DNA of 38,252 nucleotides, taken from assembly GCA_003614675.1 (NCBI GenBank), contig ML002361.1, positions 1-38,252 of the forward strand, read 5' to 3'. A program made the position numbers and the translations under genes. Below are positions 33,907-38,252 of the stretch, piece by piece (positions within the stretch are counted from its first letter, which is position 1; each line of letters begins with the position of its first letter). The notes beneath the pieces are model-generated. The model worked only from the letters and a program-made list of their open reading frames with translations, did not search any database and had not been told where the DNA came from. The DNA is from Dimargaris cristalligena. Lineage: Eukaryota.

Positions 33907-34234
33907 GTATACTATTAAGTTATTTACCGACTATTCGACCTTATAGTCATATTTATTTATTTATATTTTAAATGACCGATTACCCGACCACTTCATACTA
34001 GTCGTACTGAGCTCTAGGGGCTATTTTCAGAGAACTTATTTTATAAAGACCTGCACTTACGTGCACCCACGCTAGCAACTGTGTCCTTCGTCGGTCAGGG
34101 AGTCTTGCAGTGTTCAAAATGAAAATAAACAATACTAATAGTAGAATTATAGGTGCTATTTCAGCCAGGCCCACCTGGGCTTGGTTACCCTTGGGATAGA
34201 GGCGCAACGCCCCTTTATTTGATTGATGCATGGG

Positions 34235-34960
34235 TTAAATCAGGCAGTAGTCATCCGAGAGAAAGGTTTCCATCCATTGGCAAACCCCATCCTTACTGGA
34301 GTCGTCGGCACAGGCCACTCCAGCAATGATATTTAAATTGCTCTTGGGTAGGGCAAATGAGACCGCCTCACCGCTTTCCTTGGAACAGAACGCGCTCAAA
34401 ATCACGGCCTGGAAGGCCTCGAAGTTTTCGGGGAGGGCTGACATGGTGGCCAGGGCCAGTAGAGTCTGCTGGGCCCGCTCCTCCATTTGCCAGCGCATAT
34501 TCGTATCCGCTTTCTGGGCCGCTCCGTAGAGGAGTCGGAAAAAAGCCGTGAGTAAATCCGACCGGTTGAGTTTGGCGGCGTAGATAAGGGGCATTTGCGC
34601 TAGTTGGTCATCCGGCACAGTCCGGAAAACCCACGGCAGGAAAACCCGACCGGAATTGATTTTGTGTTCGAACGCGGCCGTGTCGCCGCTACCCAGTAGA
34701 AATTCCAGATAGTCTTCGGCGCTCAAGCTGGCAAAGCGACCGGAATATGGCTCTAGAGTCTGGTCATCGCGCGGCAGGCAATTGGCGATTTGAAACACCT
34801 CCTTCGGTTGGCTCATTTCTAAAACGGCCTTTACGTCGCTCTTCGCGGCGATAGCCCCGTGGCACTTTTGAGTTACAGTTTGGGTGGGCAAGTAGTTAGG
34901 CCTAGCCAATGCTACGCCGAGATAGAGACAAGTTGTAAAGACAATATGGATGGATTTCAT
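34235..34960 (-). CDS. Secreted, helical, Cys-containing orphan protein, 241 aa, intronless
   Basis: Signal peptide MKSIHIVFTTCLYLGVALA|RP, long open frame, TA-rich TATA-like run at ~35105-35115 upstream. Confidence 0.75.
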   Translation of the reverse strand: MKSIHIVFTTCLYLGVALARPNYLPTQTVTQKCHGAIAAKSDVKAVLEMSQPKEVFQIANCLPRDDQTLEPYSGRFASLSAEDYLEFLLGSGDTAAFEHKINSGRVFLPWVFRTVPDDQLAQMPLIYAAKLNRSDLLTAFFRLLYGAAQKADTNMRWQMEERAQQTLLALATMSALPENFEAFQAVILSAFCSKESGEAVSFALPKSNLNIIAGVACADDSSKDGVCQWMETFLSDDYCLI

Positions 34961-35639
34961 GGTGGATTAGGTATATCGTCAAGTCTAGAGCGGCGTAGAC
35001 AATTATTCTATACTAAAGTATTGGCCTCAATGTAGGATAAAAGAGAAGAAAAACGGGGATAATATGGTTAGACGGGCCCTGCAGAAGGCGGCCATATTGT
35101 ACCCTATATATATATGTGTGTGTGAAGTATAGTTTACAATGTGTAGCTTGGCTACATTTATATGTAAAAAAAATTATAATACATGGTACAGTGCTTCTGC
35201 TTCTATTCTCATTGGCTTGCTGCTCCGCTGGGCCTCAATTTTATTCCAAGAACGCATGTGCCTGCCATTGATAAGGAAAAATAATACTATGGGCATAGTC
35301 TCGATGCATGCACATCCCTTCAAGTCAGTTTAGGGATGTAAAAATATCGTATAAAACCTTCGCCTTAGTTGTATCACTCTATCCGTTACCCCAACCCCAT
35401 CCACCTGCCAGCTTTGGGGACCATATACTAGTACCAAGTACAATGGCTGCATTTTATAAAACCCTATGTTTGGCTGGGGGAGGGGGAGTACCCCGTGCGG
35501 CTCCTAATACTGCCAACCACCTCCGCCTCCCGACGCATGTGTACATTTACCGAGTTTTGGTCTTTAAAGTTATAGACCTACTACTACCTCCCCATATTTT
35601 TTTTGCCATTGATGGTGGGGACTGCCATTTTGTTCCTGT

Positions 35640-35945
35640 TGAATTCAGCCCTAAGAGTGCCCTTCTCGCGATTGGCTATTGTTTAGTTGAACAGCCATTC
35701 GGTTCGTGGTCCTATTTTTGCAAACTGGAACATTTTACCTTGGAAAGCCGCCCAACCGCATGGGCATTCCGCTCTTGTATCACATCCCCATATGGAAAAG
35801 TCGCCAAAATAGGCGGAAAGCAATGATAAGATAATAATATGAGATGGGGGCACCCCCGTACCCCCCCCCTTCCCTTGAAAAACGCCCTGTAGTTGAGCTG
35901 CCGCACTCCTAGTGTGGCATATGTACTGGGCGAGACCCATTTTCG
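35640..35945 (-). mobile_element. Decayed Ty1/Copia RT-RNase H fragment
   Basis: MGLAQYICHTR, LSAYFGDFSIWGCDTR, GWAAFQG..FQFAK, TIA...RAEF, against GSLxYLxxTRPD, LxAYxDADWAGxxDxR, GYxFxxG..ISWxSK, VAxSxxEAEF. Confidence 0.45.
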
Positions 35946-36277
35946 TCTTAATCAAAATACCTGCGGATGGTTATTGTGTGCCAGTTGAAGGAAAAAAGGG
36001 GAATATTGATGTAATATGGGAGTTGGCCTCGAACCTCTAAGTTGTAGCAACCTTATCATATACATGGGCATATGGGTGAATTGGGTGCTGCGTTTAATAT
36101 CCGAAAGGCTTTATTGATAGAGAAATAATAAGGTATCCGGATAAAAAATCAACTCAGTTAATGGAAATATACATATAGGCATTAACCAAAACATACGCCA
36201 GCCCGGTGAAAAGAGCCAAGCTGGTTGGTGGAACACGAAGTACCCCACACATTGGGGGATAAGTCATATACGGCACA

Positions 36278-37517
36278 TTATGGCAATTGGCACAGAGGGC
36301 CAGCCGTATGGTGGTAGCTAAAAGCCTTGACAACACCAATATAGTGCAGAATGGCAGCGGCCACCACGAATAGGTGGAAGATTTGGTGGGAGTGAAGCCA
36401 AAAATCAAACCGCCCGGGGGACCACCGCTCCGGCACGCGACCGGCGTAAATGAGGGCACCCACAATGTAAAACAGGGCCATACCTAAAATCCAGGCGAGC
36501 GAGAATGATTTTAAGGCCACCTCCAAGCCATAAATGGTAAGGCCATGCATAAGGGGCACCGCCCCCGAAAGGCCCATTCCAATAAAGAGCATCGTACGCG
36601 CCCAGCGGTACTTGCCCCCTTCAAACCGCTTCGACACGGAGAAATAGGCTGTCATACCCCCCAAAGCGCTAGTGGAGGTCAAGTAGAAGATCAGCCAGTT
36701 TGGATGGCAGTAGAAGGCGTAATAGATGGGCGGAAAGAACGACCCGACAATCAGAAATACAATACCCAAATAGTCGCATTTGTTCCATTGACGAGATACC
36801 TGAAGGCGCGGAGGAAATGTATTAAATCAATACAATATATGTATATATATAGCCATAAAGAAAGTTAACTGCTAATATATGCCACAGATATCTCACTAGG
36901 GCATTCGTTTTCGGAAAGGCCCAATAATCCTGTACCATGGTAATGGAAATCATATCACATCTCCGGGCCGGGAAATGGAGGTGGGGGGCTACGGCTGCTT
37001 TGTAATTCGGTAAACATATAACACAGGAACCTACCGAGTGGGAGTGGCAGCTCACCAAGTGGAAGGTGGTGGAAAGGGATAGACAGGCGACTGCTCCAGC
37101 GATAAAAATGAACATGACCATCACATCCAGCCACTGAACCGTCGATTGATGCTGGACCATAAAACCGGCGGCCAGCCCCCCAAAACCGAGGAACAGAAGG
37201 GCCCCCAGCAAATGGGAGTACACATTGCCGGTTTCGTTGTGAAGGTAAAACAGAGAGCGGAAGCACTGTTTGTAGGACTGGAGGGGCGGTCGGTAGCCCG
37301 TAAGAATATACATATTGTCCTGCATCCAGGCAGGGAGCTCTTCGAAATGGAGTAGTCGGTGGGCGGTCACCTTGAGCGCAGAAGCGAGGTTCTGGGCCGT
37401 ATACGTGTGGGGGTCAGTAGTAGTGCCGGTGGTTAATTTAGACCCACTGTTTTCGGCCGGCAAGCCCAAATGGGGAGCCGACTTGGCCTGCCGTTGTCGA
37501 AGAGTTGCCGAAGGCAT
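36278..37517 (-). CDS. PAQR / Izh (adiponectin receptor, HlyIII) family 7-TM protein, 2 exons (37517-37035, 36799-36278), 334 aa
   Basis: ELPAWMQDNMYILTGYRP, HNETGNVYSH, STTFHLVSCHS|VSRQWNKCDYLGI, PERWSPGRFD, SHQIFH are the PAQR signature motifs; phase-0 GT-AG intron. Confidence 0.95.
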
Positions 37518-38091
37518 GGGAGAATGAAGGTAGAGGGAAGGAGGTACCGGTCAGGTGAAATGACCCGGGCAACAAAGGGAATGGAGCGAAATATATGTAG
37601 AGGCCAACCAAACCAGTTGTCACTAGAGGCCCATATGCCTATGGGCCGTAGACAATATCTCTCACAGGTACTGATGAAAATCAGCCCACCACGAGGTGCT
37701 TATCAGTATCCAGGGGTTAATAATAATATCCTACAAGATATACTCACCTTCATTTTACTAGCAAAGTGGTTACGTAAACCAGTAATATGACTAAGTAAAT
37801 CACCTATAAGACAATTAGATAAAGAAATGGCGAGGTATTGGCTAACAAAAAATAAACTAGTTTAGATACGTGGATTTGGAAGACGATTTCTCTGAATAAT
37901 TTCAGCTTATATGTCAAATCCGTATCGGACGATAGAACCCCCCCCCTTCAAAAAAAACGAAGCGAATTACAGATGGATTCAATACAACTTCTACTCATTA
38001 CAAGGGAGCATCACATGCTGATGGAGTCGTAAAATTATCATATGATTGTGGGGGAAGATCATAAAACGTAAAAATAAATTACAAAATCTTT

Positions 38092-38164
38092 TGGAGGACC
38101 AGGGTATCGATCCCCGTGCCTCTCGCATGCTAAGCGAGCGCTCTCCCATTTGAGCTAGACCCCC
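38092..38164 (-). tRNA. tRNA-Ala(AGC), intronless
   Basis: GGGGGTC-TA-GCTC-AAATGGGA-GAGC-G-CTCGC-TTAGCAT-GCGAG-AGGCA-CGGGG-ATCGATA-CCCTG-GTCCTCC-A, with the G3:U70 Ala determinant and T-rich tracts downstream. Confidence 0.93.
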
Positions 38165-38252
38165 CATCTTGTTTTTGTTTGCTTCATTTTTATGTACCCA
38201 AATTTTTGGCTACTCGTTTTCGAACCGTTCACGACTATCCATCCATCGATTT

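Noticed and set aside
35308-35826. 172-aa + strand ORF
   Set aside because: No protein-like motifs; partly antisense to a Copia relic.
24822-37517. Methyltransferase + folate enzyme + PAQR as a sphingolipid or one-carbon gene cluster
   Set aside because: Genes are interspersed with unrelated loci and TE relics, and the methyltransferase looks inactive; no evidence beyond proximity.
38092-38094. Genomically encoded CCA on tRNA-Ala
   Set aside because: The CCA is positions 71-73 (stem end plus discriminator), not an encoded 3' CCA tail.

Overview
Eukaryotic (fungal) genomic DNA with GT-AG introns, several with CTAAC-type branch sites. Gene content (BRCA1/BARD1-like gene, EED/LRWD1-like WD40, orphan secreted proteins, multi-domain GH18 chitinase) suggests an early-diverging fungus, plausibly a Zoopagomycota mycoparasite such as Dimargaris; this is inference, not verified. 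I can support 13 protein-coding genes: Med15-like (runs off the left edge), claudin/SUR7-like, RRP15, EED/LRWD1-like WD40, RING+BRCT BRCA1/BARD1-like, a collagen-repeat G-patch protein, three secreted orphans (one with an F-box), a degenerate sphingolipid C9-methyltransferase-like protein, FAU1/MTHFS, a chitinase and a PAQR/IZH receptor. There are two tRNAs: Ile-UAU with an intron, and Ala-AGC. Most long intergenic stretches hold heavily decayed Ty1/Copia and Ty3/Gypsy fragments, recognised by eye from pol motifs in the correct order. Best leads: a secreted F-box protein (possible host-SCF-hijacking effector), the head-to-head BRCA1/BARD1-like and EED/LRWD1-like pair, a probable pseudo-methyltransferase, the collagen-G-patch fusion and the retroelement graveyard. 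All exon models and motif matches were made by hand; no database search was run.
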